A stretch of 36,023 bases of DNA from a virus. Taxonomy: Duplodnaviria > Caudoviricetes. The position numbers and the translations under genes were made by a program. Positions 1-8,721 of this stretch are shown here, piece by piece. Below the pieces are notes generated by a model. It did no database searches and had not been told where the DNA came from. It saw only the letters and a list, made by a program, of their open reading frames with translations. Positions within the stretch are counted from its first letter, which is position 1. Each line of letters opens with the position of its first letter. The DNA is taken from the IMG/VR virus record IMGVR_UViG_3300012943_000021, positions 1-36,023 of that record. The stretch is one strand, 5' to 3'.

Positions 1-123
1 CTGCTGGTAGGCTTGCAAAGGCTACAACTGGCACAGAAGCGGCAATGGATGCCGTTCCGGTCAGATCGCCCGTAACATCGCCTGTCACGTTGCCGGTGAG
101 GTCTCCGGTCACGTTACCAGTGA
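1..123. repeat. Terminal direct repeat, copy 1 (circular assembly overlap)
   Basis: Identical to 35901-36023. Confidence 0.97.
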
Positions 124-328
124 CATCGCCTGTCACGTTGCCGGTGATATCTCCAGTGATGTCTCCGATGATGTCGCCTTCTACCTCGAGGTCACCCTCG
201 ACAAGCATTGCGACATCACCAGGCGTTCCAGTTACGGTGATCTTTTCAGGATCACCGTAGAGGGTCGTCCCAAAGGCGTTGCGGCCGAAGGACGATGGGT
301 TGGTGCTGTACTCAGTGTTGACTGGCAT
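1..328 (-). CDS. 5' part of a 146-aa head decoration/fibre-like protein spanning the circular junction (continues at 35788-35900)
   Basis: ATG at 328, just after the coat stop; MPVNTEYSTNPSSFGRNAFG...; G[DN][VIL]T tetrapeptide repeats; in frame with 35788..36012 through the overlap. Confidence 0.8.
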   Translation of the reverse strand, partial: MPVNTEYSTNPSSFGRNAFGTTLYGDPEKITVTGTPGDVAMLVEGDLEVEGDIIGDITGDITGNVTGDVTGNVTGDLTGNVTGDVTGDLTGTASIAASVPVVAFASLPA

Positions 329-336
329 GGGACACC

Positions 337-1590
337 TTATGCGTAGATGATGCGTGCGCCGAGCTGCTCGTACAGAGTTGCAGTTGCAATGAACGTGTCG
401 AAACGGTCAATGAACTGGTTCGTGCGAACGTCCCACGAGCGGACGTAGCGGACGCCGATGCCGGTGTCTGGGTCAACCTTGTAGTCAGCGAACTCGACCG
501 AGCTTCCCTTCGGGATCTCGAGCTCCTTGTTGGCGAGCATCAGGGCATCTTCGTGGAAGATGACCGACTGACGTGCAACCGAAGAAGCAGCGCCGAGGAA
601 CACGATTGGGTCAGATGGGGCTGGCAGAGCAGACACGTTCTGGAATGGACCAGAGTTCACGAGAGCTGGCGAGATCGTCAGGGTCAGCGAGGTTGCGCTG
701 TTGACGGTTACACCGAGGACCGTGATCTGCTGAACGTAGCCGAGGTCGCCCTTGTTCTGTGGGTTGACTGCATTGACACCAGCAATGGTGAAGATGTCGC
801 CAACGTTTGGAACCTGGCCGGAGGTAACCGTGACAGCCAGCGTACCGCTCATGGTGTTGCCATCAGTTGGGCTGGTTGGGGTTGAAGTTACCGTTGCGGA
901 ACCGGTTGCTGCGACCGTGCCGTTCGTGTGGGTTGGGACGAGCTGGTTCAGGAACTGGTAGGTTCCGTTGTACTCACCCTGGAGACCCTTGAGGTACTGC
1001 TCACCGATCTGCTTCTGTGGGTTGAAGATCGTCTGACCCTGGAGGGCGAGGATCTTGTTGAAGGCAGGAGTGTTGAACTCGCTGAGCTTCATGTCACCGA
1101 CTGGAGCGTCGTTGTTGTAGAGCAGGGCAACTGCGTCAGAGACGGCGTCGAGGGCGTTGGTCTTCGTCAGGGCGGTGCCTGGTGCGCCAACGGCGTTGTA
1201 GAACTTGTTGGTCAGTGCTGCAACCTTGCCTTCAACGTAGTTGGCGATGCGGATCATCGCTGGCTCGATCTCACGGGAAGCGAGGTCGTCGAACGACATC
1301 ACGAGTTCCTGCGAGGTGAAGCTGAGGTCGATGCCGTATGGCGTGTCGAACGTCAGTGGGCTGTAGGTTTCAGTCTGGGCCTGAATGTTGACCACGTTGC
1401 CCTCACGGACATCGTAGCGGGCTGGGCGGCGGACGTTGATCGTCTGGCCGATCTTTGCACCCTTGACCGCGAAGTCCTGGTCCCACTTACGTGCGACGCG
1501 ACGGGCCATGGTGAGGTTGTTGGAAAGAACCTGTGCGCTCTCAGGAGTGATCATCGAGATCGTCTGGAGCTGGTTTGATGGTGCTGGCAT
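337..1590 (-). CDS. Major capsid protein, P22 coat (gp5)-like, 417 aa
   Basis: AGAGGA RBS before ATG 1590 (MPAPSNQL); KIGQTINVRRP and C-terminal RFD motifs typical of P22-like coats; follows the scaffold gene. Confidence 0.9.
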   Translation of the reverse strand: MPAPSNQLQTISMITPESAQVLSNNLTMARRVARKWDQDFAVKGAKIGQTINVRRPARYDVREGNVVNIQAQTETYSPLTFDTPYGIDLSFTSQELVMSFDDLASREIEPAMIRIANYVEGKVAALTNKFYNAVGAPGTALTKTNALDAVSDAVALLYNNDAPVGDMKLSEFNTPAFNKILALQGQTIFNPQKQIGEQYLKGLQGEYNGTYQFLNQLVPTHTNGTVAATGSATVTSTPTSPTDGNTMSGTLAVTVTSGQVPNVGDIFTIAGVNAVNPQNKGDLGYVQQITVLGVTVNSATSLTLTISPALVNSGPFQNVSALPAPSDPIVFLGAASSVARQSVIFHEDALMLANKELEIPKGSSVEFADYKVDPDTGIGVRYVRSWDVRTNQFIDRFDTFIATATLYEQLGARIIYA

Positions 1591-1619
1591 TGTAGTATCC
1601 TCTATGTCGGGCGATGGCC

Positions 1620-2429
1620 TTAACGCTTCAACCCCATTTTCTTCTGCCAACGCTCTCGACGGGCTCTCATGAACGCGTCTGGATCGCTTGCAGCCAGTTC
1701 TGAACCAGTAGTTGCTGGTGCTGAACCGGTAACCGGGGTGAGCGGCTTCGGCGGTTGTTTCTTGACCACAGGTGCAGATGCACTTGCAGCCGTCAGTTTG
1801 TCTTCAAGCTTCCCGAGCTCCTTGATCTGTCCGACCGGGGAGAGACGAGAAATCCTGTTGTACTCTTTCAAGTTGGTTGCGAGAAAGTAGGCTACCTGAG
1901 GACCGACTTCACTCTCGAGAATAGCAGTTGCAAGAGCTTCTGGTGCCGCAACCTGATCGAAGAACTTCATCTTTTCGTAGAAGTCCGGCGTCTTGGCTGC
2001 TTCGGCCTGTGCGCGAACTTGATAGTTGCGTGCGCTTGCCTGGCGTTCAAAGTCTGCCTTTGCCTTCTGCTGCGTCCAAGCTTCAAGGTCCTTCTCAAAC
2101 TGAGCAGGGTTAGAAGCGTAGTCAGCAAGAACCGGCTTTGGCGTAGCAGCTACCTGGGTGGCTGGAGCTTGACGGTTGGCCTGCGCCTTCCAGAACTCTG
2201 CCTCTTCCTGTGCTGCAACCGTAGCTGCATCTCGAGCGTCTCGGTCTCGCTTAAGGCGAGCTTCAACGATCCCGTTCAACTCTTCTTGAGTAAACGTTTT
2301 GCCTGCTTGACCCTGTTCAGTGCTCTCATCTGAACCTGGTGCACCTTCAGTTTCCTGTCCGGCTGGTGCTTCGTTGTTGCCCGCGTCAGCAACCTGAGTA
2401 TCGCCCGCGTTTGAGCTAGAGTTTTCCAC
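1620..2429 (-). CDS. Capsid scaffolding protein
   Basis: Between portal and coat; acidic N-terminus, helical core, AILESEVGPQVAYFLATN and IKELGKLE motifs, basic C-terminus; GTG start with GAGG RBS. Confidence 0.82.
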   Translation of the reverse strand: MENSSSNAGDTQVADAGNNEAPAGQETEGAPGSDESTEQGQAGKTFTQEELNGIVEARLKRDRDARDAATVAAQEEAEFWKAQANRQAPATQVAATPKPVLADYASNPAQFEKDLEAWTQQKAKADFERQASARNYQVRAQAEAAKTPDFYEKMKFFDQVAAPEALATAILESEVGPQVAYFLATNLKEYNRISRLSPVGQIKELGKLEDKLTAASASAPVVKKQPPKPLTPVTGSAPATTGSELAASDPDAFMRARRERWQKKMGLKR

Positions 2430-2480
2430 AATCGCCTCTTAATAGAGTGTACCCTCACGAGGTGGCGTGAGTGCCATGCC

Positions 2481-2494
2481 GTATTTACGTACGG
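2481..2494 (-). promoter_or_regulatory. Putative late promoter (CCGTACGTAAATAC)
   Basis: Intergenic; 13 nt identical to 7005-7017; TAAATA core recurs ahead of - strand genes. Confidence 0.6.
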
Positions 2495-2504
2495 TCGAGA
2501 TTTC

Positions 2505-4775
2505 TTAGAACGGTCCGTCGCCTGGACCGTTCAGGTTTGATGTGCCTTCTACCTCAACGCTGTCAAGGTCAGGGACCGACGGGACCTCAACTGACGCTGA
2601 CTTCAGGTCAGCCAGCTTGTCCTCACGGTCTTCCTTGCGTGCCTTGTGGTGCTGATCCTGCATCTGTTCGGTTGCCTTGATGCCGGCGAGCTGAACTTCC
2701 ATCTCGAACTTGCGCTCGGTCAGTTCAAGCTCACGCTCCTGAAGCTCAAGCTCAACGCGCTTGACCTCCATTTGTGCGATCAGGGTCTCCTGCTGAACCT
2801 GAAGCTCGGCGCGCTTGAGATCAAGCTCTGCCATCTTCTCCTGGTGGGTCAGCTTGATCTTGGCTGCCTCAAGCTCGTTGTCGTTCTTGGCGACGGCGTT
2901 CTCGAAGGACAGCTTCTGGATCTGCGTCTTGTCAGGGAGGACCTGTGCCTCCATCTCCTGGACCTGCTGCGTCAGGCCCTGGACCTGCTGCTTGAGGTTG
3001 GCGATCTGCTGAGGACCTTCCTCTACCTGGTCGTCGGTTGCGGCGAGCACGTTTGGTGGGACCGCAGCGCGAAGACGGGCTGCAATCTCCTGCGCACCTG
3101 GCCAATCGGCGTTCTGCGCGATAAGGTCGGCAATCAGAGGGGCGGCTTCTGGGTAAACGCCGATCAGCTGCATGCCGGCGTCCATGGCTGCCTGGCGCTT
3201 GGTTGCGTAGGCACCACCTGTTTCGACGGCGACCTTGAACTTGGCATTCTCCAGTTTGGTCTCAATGCTGTTGTTCAGCACGAAGGTCTGCTGGTCGCCG
3301 TTCTGCTTGGTGCCGATGATGGAGCGACCTGCCTCACCATAGAACACTGGGATGGCCTGCACGAGGACGAGACCCACCTGCGCGATTGACTGGCGGATGT
3401 TGTGCTGACGGTGGAAGTTGGAGATGCGGGCCTGCTCGACGCGAGTAAGCAGGGCGCGCCCGCTCTCTGCGTTCTGAGGACCATTCTCACCCATGTCTGG
3501 GGCCTGCTGACCAGAGACCGCCTTAAGCGCCTCTGTTGCGTTGACGAGCATGACCTGAGCTGACTGGATTGGGAGCTCAGCGACGTCGCGCTGAGGAGGG
3601 GCGCCGCCGTTGGCAGGGTCTGGCTTGTAGGTGATGTACGCCTGGTGAGAGGTGTGGAGCGTTGCCCACTCAGCCTGGTTGTCCTCGAACTGCTTCGCGG
3701 TGCCGATGTATGGGGCCTTAGGGGCCAGCATCAGCATCTCAAGCTGGGTGTTGTTGATGTAGTCAATGCGGCGCTGGCTGTCGCGCAGGTCGTAGACCAT
3801 GCCCTTCAGGACGCGCTCGTCCTGAGGGTTCCAGAACTCTTCACCCTTGAAGGCGATGATCGGGATGTACTCACCTGGCCACTCGGTCTCATCAAGGATC
3901 TCGCGATCATTGAGGACGTAGTGCTTGATCACAGGCTTCATCGCAACGCGCTGGTCGATGATCTTGGTGCCAGCTGGTGGCTGCTCGAACACGAGCTGCT
4001 CATAGCCGGCTGGGTTCCAGATCTTCCAGAGCTTCTGCTCGTAATATTCCTTGACGTAGTACTCCATCACGCGAATGAACTTGGTGGTCAACCACGAGTT
4101 GGTGTCGTTCTTTGTCCAGCCCTGGAAGCTGTTCTGATTGATCACCTCGGCCAGCTTGGAGCGACCATACTTGCGGAGGTACTCGTCATGCGTCATCTCA
4201 ACGACGACGAAGGCGTACTCAGCGTCAGCGCCCGTCAGGGACTGGTGGTTAGGGTCAAGGAGGATGGTGAATGGGTTGACGACGGCGTCAATCTTCAGGC
4301 GCTGCTCGAAGCTGTCAGTTGAGACGTACTCAGAGTTGACGCGGACATAGCCGAGACCTGTGACGATGCTGTACCAGCCGGCCTTGCCGTAGGCGACCTT
4401 GGCGTGGCTGTCCTGCTCGATCGTCCTGATCATGTCCGACATGTTGTCGGCAAACTCTTCGTCGGTGTTGTCGTCGGCCGGCGAGATCTGAATGGCTGGG
4501 ATGCTCTCGAGGAACTGGTTGGTCTCGTGCGCGACCATCTTTGGGATGCGGTCCTCGGTCAACGCTGGAAGGGCGTTGGCCTCCTGGGTAGCTACCCAGC
4601 TGGACGGCATGTAGTCGCCTTCGACGTACTTGAGGCAGTCCTTCGCGTCATTGGTGTACCTGCGCCAGCCCTGCATGGCAGCATTGTAGTTGGCCTTAGC
4701 CGACTTGATCAGGCGCTGCTCAGGGGAGAGGCTTGGGGTAAGCTCGTCAGCGGCGAGCGGGACTTTCTTAGGCAT
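2505..4775 (-). CDS. Portal protein, P22 gp1-like, 756 aa
   Basis: Follows terminase; ILLDP, WPGEYIPII, LRDSQRRID and ESGRAL motifs; long C-terminal coiled coil like the P22 portal barrel. Confidence 0.92.
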   Translation of the reverse strand: MPKKVPLAADELTPSLSPEQRLIKSAKANYNAAMQGWRRYTNDAKDCLKYVEGDYMPSSWVATQEANALPALTEDRIPKMVAHETNQFLESIPAIQISPADDNTDEEFADNMSDMIRTIEQDSHAKVAYGKAGWYSIVTGLGYVRVNSEYVSTDSFEQRLKIDAVVNPFTILLDPNHQSLTGADAEYAFVVVEMTHDEYLRKYGRSKLAEVINQNSFQGWTKNDTNSWLTTKFIRVMEYYVKEYYEQKLWKIWNPAGYEQLVFEQPPAGTKIIDQRVAMKPVIKHYVLNDREILDETEWPGEYIPIIAFKGEEFWNPQDERVLKGMVYDLRDSQRRIDYINNTQLEMLMLAPKAPYIGTAKQFEDNQAEWATLHTSHQAYITYKPDPANGGAPPQRDVAELPIQSAQVMLVNATEALKAVSGQQAPDMGENGPQNAESGRALLTRVEQARISNFHRQHNIRQSIAQVGLVLVQAIPVFYGEAGRSIIGTKQNGDQQTFVLNNSIETKLENAKFKVAVETGGAYATKRQAAMDAGMQLIGVYPEAAPLIADLIAQNADWPGAQEIAARLRAAVPPNVLAATDDQVEEGPQQIANLKQQVQGLTQQVQEMEAQVLPDKTQIQKLSFENAVAKNDNELEAAKIKLTHQEKMAELDLKRAELQVQQETLIAQMEVKRVELELQERELELTERKFEMEVQLAGIKATEQMQDQHHKARKEDREDKLADLKSASVEVPSVPDLDSVEVEGTSNLNGPGDGPF

Positions 4776-4792
4776 GGTGTCCTCGGTAGGGT

Positions 4793-6319
4793 TCAGTATT
4801 TACGGTGAATGTATGACCCAGTGGATTGGATCTTAGGTCCCGGCTCAGTGATTGCAATCCCCTTGACCTTCTCGGTCATGATCGCGTACCGAAGGGCGTC
4901 AACCAAGTGGTCGTTTTCCTTGATGATCCTACCCTTCTCGTCTCTGCGGTAGTTGGCCATCTCTGAGAAGAGAGGCTGGTTGTTTGGGCAGTTCATCACC
5001 TTAATGTAGCCTGAGCGGATGCCCATCCAGACCTCGTTCAACCCGGCCTGCACCTCATTGACCGCGTTGGTCAGCTCCAGGCCGAGGTCGCGATACTGCT
5101 GCATCAGCGCCTCAGAGCCTGATTGACCGCGACCATTGGCAGCAGGGTCGATGGCGCCTGGGATCCAGATGCCGTGGTCTCTCATGATCTTGGCGTGGCC
5201 GACAGGTTCAGTCTCACCCTGCTTGTAGCTGTCGTAGATGTAGCGGATGCCGGTCTGTGGGTCGATGGCAAGCCAGACGGCCGCCGTCCAGTTCCAACCA
5301 ACGTCGAGGGCGAAGCAGCGCTTCCAGTTCTTTGGGATCTCCATGTACTGGACGGTGTACGTCTTTGGGTCGTCTGGGTAGATGGCACCACTGCCAATGT
5401 TTGGCTTGCCCAGAAGGCGGGCTTCCCTGACGTGAGGGTGGTATTGGTTCTCAAGGAGCTCAAGCTTCTCCTTGGTGATGTGTGGGACCTCGTAGGCCGT
5501 GATGTTGGTGAACCAGCGGCCTGTGTTCTTGCCGTTGTGCATGATAGGCCCGCAGTAGCCAGGGCCAGGCCAGCCGCCAGGGCAGAAGTTCAAGAAGGTG
5601 TCGGTCACCCCCTTGTTTGGGGTGAATGTCATGATCAGCATCAAGTTCGGGTCTGAGGTGGTACGGGCGACGCACTCCTCATAGATCTGCAGGTCTGGTT
5701 CCTCGTCAAGCCAGATGTTTCTCGGAAGACCCTGGAAGCTCTCACGCCCTGCCTCGTACGACTTGAAGGTAACGTGGGAGTAGCCGTCAAAGTTGCCGTC
5801 AGCATCGAAGTGCCGGACGCGGAAGGATGGGACAAGGGTCTCAACGCGGTCCGTCTTCGTCATGCTCTCGAGGTCGAGGCAGTCGTAGCGGATAAGACCT
5901 GATCCAAGCTCGCCGACCTGGCCAATCAGGCGCTCCTGCATGATTTCTCTGACGTCCTTCCAGCTCTCACCTGCGATCCACCAGCGGTTGGGTCCGCTGA
6001 GGCGCTTGCCTGTCCAGTCATCTGGGTACAGGCCGGTCAGGTGGAGGGATACCTCATAGGCGACGCCTGAGGTCTTGCCGACCTGGTTGGCTGCGTCGAG
6101 GAAGCGGTAGGTGTACGTGTTGCCTGCTTCCCAGAACTGGACCAGCTTTGGGTAGAGCTCCTTGGCGAAGTACTGCTTACCGAGGAACTCATGCGTCTCC
6201 TCAGGGTACCAGTGGTCGATCATGTTGCGCTTCTCGCGGCTCATGATCTCCTTGTTCAGGCGGACGAGCTCCTCATAGTCAGCTGCGTCGAAGAACTCTT
6301 GGAGCTGGGTATCGCTCAC
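4793..6319 (-). CDS. terL: Terminase large subunit, P22 gp2-like
   Basis: Walker A ANQVGKT, Walker B IWLDEEP, coupling motif TFTP, RNase H-like ALDVGW and DHLVDALRY; likely GTG start at 6319 overlapping the upstream TGA (ORF is open to 6409). Confidence 0.95.
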   Translation of the reverse strand: MSDTQLQEFFDAADYEELVRLNKEIMSREKRNMIDHWYPEETHEFLGKQYFAKELYPKLVQFWEAGNTYTYRFLDAANQVGKTSGVAYEVSLHLTGLYPDDWTGKRLSGPNRWWIAGESWKDVREIMQERLIGQVGELGSGLIRYDCLDLESMTKTDRVETLVPSFRVRHFDADGNFDGYSHVTFKSYEAGRESFQGLPRNIWLDEEPDLQIYEECVARTTSDPNLMLIMTFTPNKGVTDTFLNFCPGGWPGPGYCGPIMHNGKNTGRWFTNITAYEVPHITKEKLELLENQYHPHVREARLLGKPNIGSGAIYPDDPKTYTVQYMEIPKNWKRCFALDVGWNWTAAVWLAIDPQTGIRYIYDSYKQGETEPVGHAKIMRDHGIWIPGAIDPAANGRGQSGSEALMQQYRDLGLELTNAVNEVQAGLNEVWMGIRSGYIKVMNCPNNQPLFSEMANYRRDEKGRIIKENDHLVDALRYAIMTEKVKGIAITEPGPKIQSTGSYIHRKY

Positions 6320-6558
6320 GTGAGCTGCCAGTCCAGCAGGACTGCGTTGTCCCACTCGTAACGATTGCGGTGCAGTTTGGCTACAGCGAACCTGATGCGC
6401 AGCTTCCAAATGTTGAAGATGCGCTGAAAGCGGACGTAATGGACACCCTTGGCCTCAGGTGGATATGGCTGAAGCGCCGCGTGCTCTGGTGGGCAAATGT
6501 GCCCAGATGCCAGGGTGGTGTAGCGGCTCGTTGGGAAGCGCTTGAGGTGGATCTTCAT
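6316..6558 (-). CDS. Hypothetical protein, 80 aa
   Basis: ATGA/GTGA coupling on both sides; AAGGA RBS. Confidence 0.65.
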   Translation of the reverse strand: MKIHLKRFPTSRYTTLASGHICPPEHAALQPYPPEAKGVHYVRFQRIFNIWKLRIRFAVAKLHRNRYEWDNAVLLDWQLT

Positions 6559-6929
6559 GATTGGTCCTTGGTGAGCTTCTGTGCGATCTGGAGGGCGCGG
6601 GCCTTGAGCTCTTCCTCTGACATCTCCTCTACCTCGTCTACCTTCTGGATCTTCTGGACCTGTGGCAGAGGCTCAAGCATGCGGGACCCGAGGAACATCA
6701 TCAGGTTCACGTAGGTCTGCTTGTCGAGGCGCTTGCCCTTCTCGTCGACGTCGAAGTAGTCCTGTCGAGAGGCCTCAAGCAGCTCTGCAAGGGCCTCTTC
6801 GTATGAGACACCAAGGGATTTTGTGATTGCTTGGGCGAGTTGACCTACTTTAATGTAGGTGCCCCGTTGACCGGGGTTACGGCCGGGACCGGCCTTGTAA
6901 TTGGAGGTTTTGTTTGGAACGAGCTTCAT
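6555..6929 (-). CDS. Putative terminase small subunit, 124 aa
   Basis: Upstream of TerL; N-terminal GPGRNPGQRG basic motif, helical body, C-terminal EEMSEEELKAR; suitable size. Confidence 0.6.
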   Translation of the reverse strand: MKLVPNKTSNYKAGPGRNPGQRGTYIKVGQLAQAITKSLGVSYEEALAELLEASRQDYFDVDEKGKRLDKQTYVNLMMFLGSRMLEPLPQVQKIQKVDEVEEMSEEELKARALQIAQKLTKDQS

Positions 6930-7004
6930 GCCTTCCCCGTGGAAGTGTACCCAGGGAAGTCGGTCCCAGTGCCGCAGGACCTTTTGTTCTCAGGTCCATG
7001 CGGC

Positions 7005-7017
7005 TATTTACGTACGG
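7005..7017 (-). promoter_or_regulatory. Putative late promoter (CCGTACGTAAATA)
   Basis: Intergenic, upstream of the putative small terminase; identical to 2482-2494. Confidence 0.6.
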
Positions 7018-7019
7018 GT

Positions 7020-7967
7020 CTAAGTCTGGTAAGGTCGATGATTGGGCCTGTCAGGTGAGATTGGTGGGTGATTGGGAACCAGGCAGGTGTGGTAGAAGCT
7101 GTATTGGCTGAACAGTGATGGAACCTTACCGTGCTTGACGTACAGCTCATAGGCGAAGGTCATCCAACCTTCGCCGTACTTGCGGGCGGCCATGATGCGC
7201 TGTCTGTCGCTTAGGGGGATTTTGACCCACTGCTCAATGTGGATACCCAGCTCGGCGCTCATCACCTCGAAGTTTTTCCACTTGCGGGAGGTCCTGAGAA
7301 GCATCAATGGTGGGTGACCTTCAAACAGACACGTGCTCGACCGCGCGTTGAAAAGAGGGCCGGCACGACCTGTCTTCAGGTAAACCTGGTATGAGAACTT
7401 ACACCAGTCCTTGCCACCTTTAGCGTGATAGTCTGTGATGTACGCGCGCTGTTCAGGTGGTATCTGAGAGAACTCCTCAAGGGACATACCGAGGACGGCA
7501 GCTGGCTTGATGCTTCTCTCAGAGCTGTTGTTCAGCAGGTTGACTGACGTTGAGACCCAGCGCAGGTTGGGGGCGCGGTTGTCCGACTTGTCTCGGTTGA
7601 TGTGATCAACGACCATGCCAGGCTTGTGCCCAGGGACCCTGACGAGGGCGACTGCCTGGTGTTGGTAGAGCGGTTCAGGGCCATTACCGCGAGAGATCGA
7701 GGTGATCAGGTAGCAGTCGTCTGGGTTCTTCTTGTCAACTGGGCACATCTTGAGAGGCCTGCCGGTCTTGCCGATGATCACGTCCTGCTGTGTCAGGTAG
7801 TAGCCTGGGTAGCCAGGGATGGGCTGCCACTCACTTTTTCTGGCAAGATCAGCGATCTTGGACATCATCGTCTTGACCTGCCTGCGCCGACCTTTGGTGA
7901 TTGACCTACCATGCTCTTCGTTGCGTGGGTACATACCAACGTAGTTTCCTACTCTGTTCTTCTTCAT
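7020..7967 (-). CDS. NUMOD4-HNH homing endonuclease-like protein with a duplicated C-terminal domain
   Basis: WQPIPGYPGYY (NUMOD4-like) and VVDHINRDKSDNRAPNLRWVSTSVN (HNH); start 7967 by ATGA overlap. Confidence 0.88.
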   Translation of the reverse strand: MKKNRVGNYVGMYPRNEEHGRSITKGRRRQVKTMMSKIADLARKSEWQPIPGYPGYYLTQQDVIIGKTGRPLKMCPVDKKNPDDCYLITSISRGNGPEPLYQHQAVALVRVPGHKPGMVVDHINRDKSDNRAPNLRWVSTSVNLLNNSSERSIKPAAVLGMSLEEFSQIPPEQRAYITDYHAKGGKDWCKFSYQVYLKTGRAGPLFNARSSTCLFEGHPPLMLLRTSRKWKNFEVMSAELGIHIEQWVKIPLSDRQRIMAARKYGEGWMTFAYELYVKHGKVPSLFSQYSFYHTCLVPNHPPISPDRPNHRPYQT

Positions 7968-8602
7968 ACGAGCCAGGCTCCTGGGCGTGTGCGGTAGCAA
8001 AGGGTGGGTTGGTAGGTGCATCCGACTGCACCATATGTGGTGTACACCTCATCAGAAAAAGTTCGGCCGCCTGGTGCTGGTAGAGATAGGTTCCAAGCGT
8101 GGGCGAACTGCACGGCTACCTTTGTCCTGAACAACCAGCATGAGGTGTCGGTAAAGAACTCACCTTGGTAGTTTGACTTGGGGCCGCAGCTATCCATCAG
8201 GTCGTCCTTGATGAACTTTCCGTCCTGATCGTAGAGGCCGCGGTAAGAGCAGGCGATGCCGGCCTTGAGGTTCAGCAGGCTTTCGAGGTGGTCTGGCTGA
8301 TACCAGTTGTCCTCGTCAAGGTAGGCGATGTGCTCGGTGTTGACGAGGTGGGTGAAGGCGGCGTGGATGCGGTGGCCGAAGTGGACGCCTTGGTGGGTAT
8401 TCTCAGGGAGGACGGTCAGGTTGATGCACTCAGCGCCGCGCTCGTCCCAGATGTCGCTGATTGCTGCATTAGAGGCGGTGTGCCAATGCTCCTCGCCGTC
8501 AACGATGACCCATGGACGAGCCTCAACTGACTGATCCAAGACTGACAGGATGGCCTGCTTGAGGTGCTTTGTACCGATTGTGGGAATGAGAACTGTGATC
8601 AT
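7964..8602 (-). CDS. Glycosyltransferase family 2 (GT-A fold)
   Basis: ITVLIPT...LKQAILSVLDQ...VIVDG N-terminus and IAYLDEDNWY DxD motif. Confidence 0.88.
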   Translation of the reverse strand: MITVLIPTIGTKHLKQAILSVLDQSVEARPWVIVDGEEHWHTASNAAISDIWDERGAECINLTVLPENTHQGVHFGHRIHAAFTHLVNTEHIAYLDEDNWYQPDHLESLLNLKAGIACSYRGLYDQDGKFIKDDLMDSCGPKSNYQGEFFTDTSCWLFRTKVAVQFAHAWNLSLPAPGGRTFSDEVYTTYGAVGCTYQPTLCYRTRPGAWLV

Positions 8603-8721
8603 TTACGCGCCTTGATGGCTTCTACGAGGTTGTCGATGGCACACCCAATGCCAATCAAAAATAACCCAATAAAGAATAGCTCGACGCAAATGATCCCCTG
8701 AGTGATGTTCATGATGTTCAT
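8599..8721 (-). CDS. Small single-pass membrane protein, 40 aa
   Basis: ATGA overlaps on both sides; one hydrophobic segment. Confidence 0.55.
   Translation of the reverse strand: MNIMNITQGIICVELFFIGLFLIGIGCAIDNLVEAIKARK

Noticed and set aside
55-200. 12-bp periodic repeats as a CRISPR array or iterons
   Set aside because: They are degenerate at third positions and encode G[DN][VIL]T protein repeats; there are no unique spacers and no cas genes
6320-6409. Longest-ORF starts for TerL, coat, HNH, second GT, endonuclease VII, Rz and the HicA-like gene
   Set aside because: Downstream starts have an RBS, stop-start coupling or better motif placement, and most of the extensions overlap other genes or tRNAs
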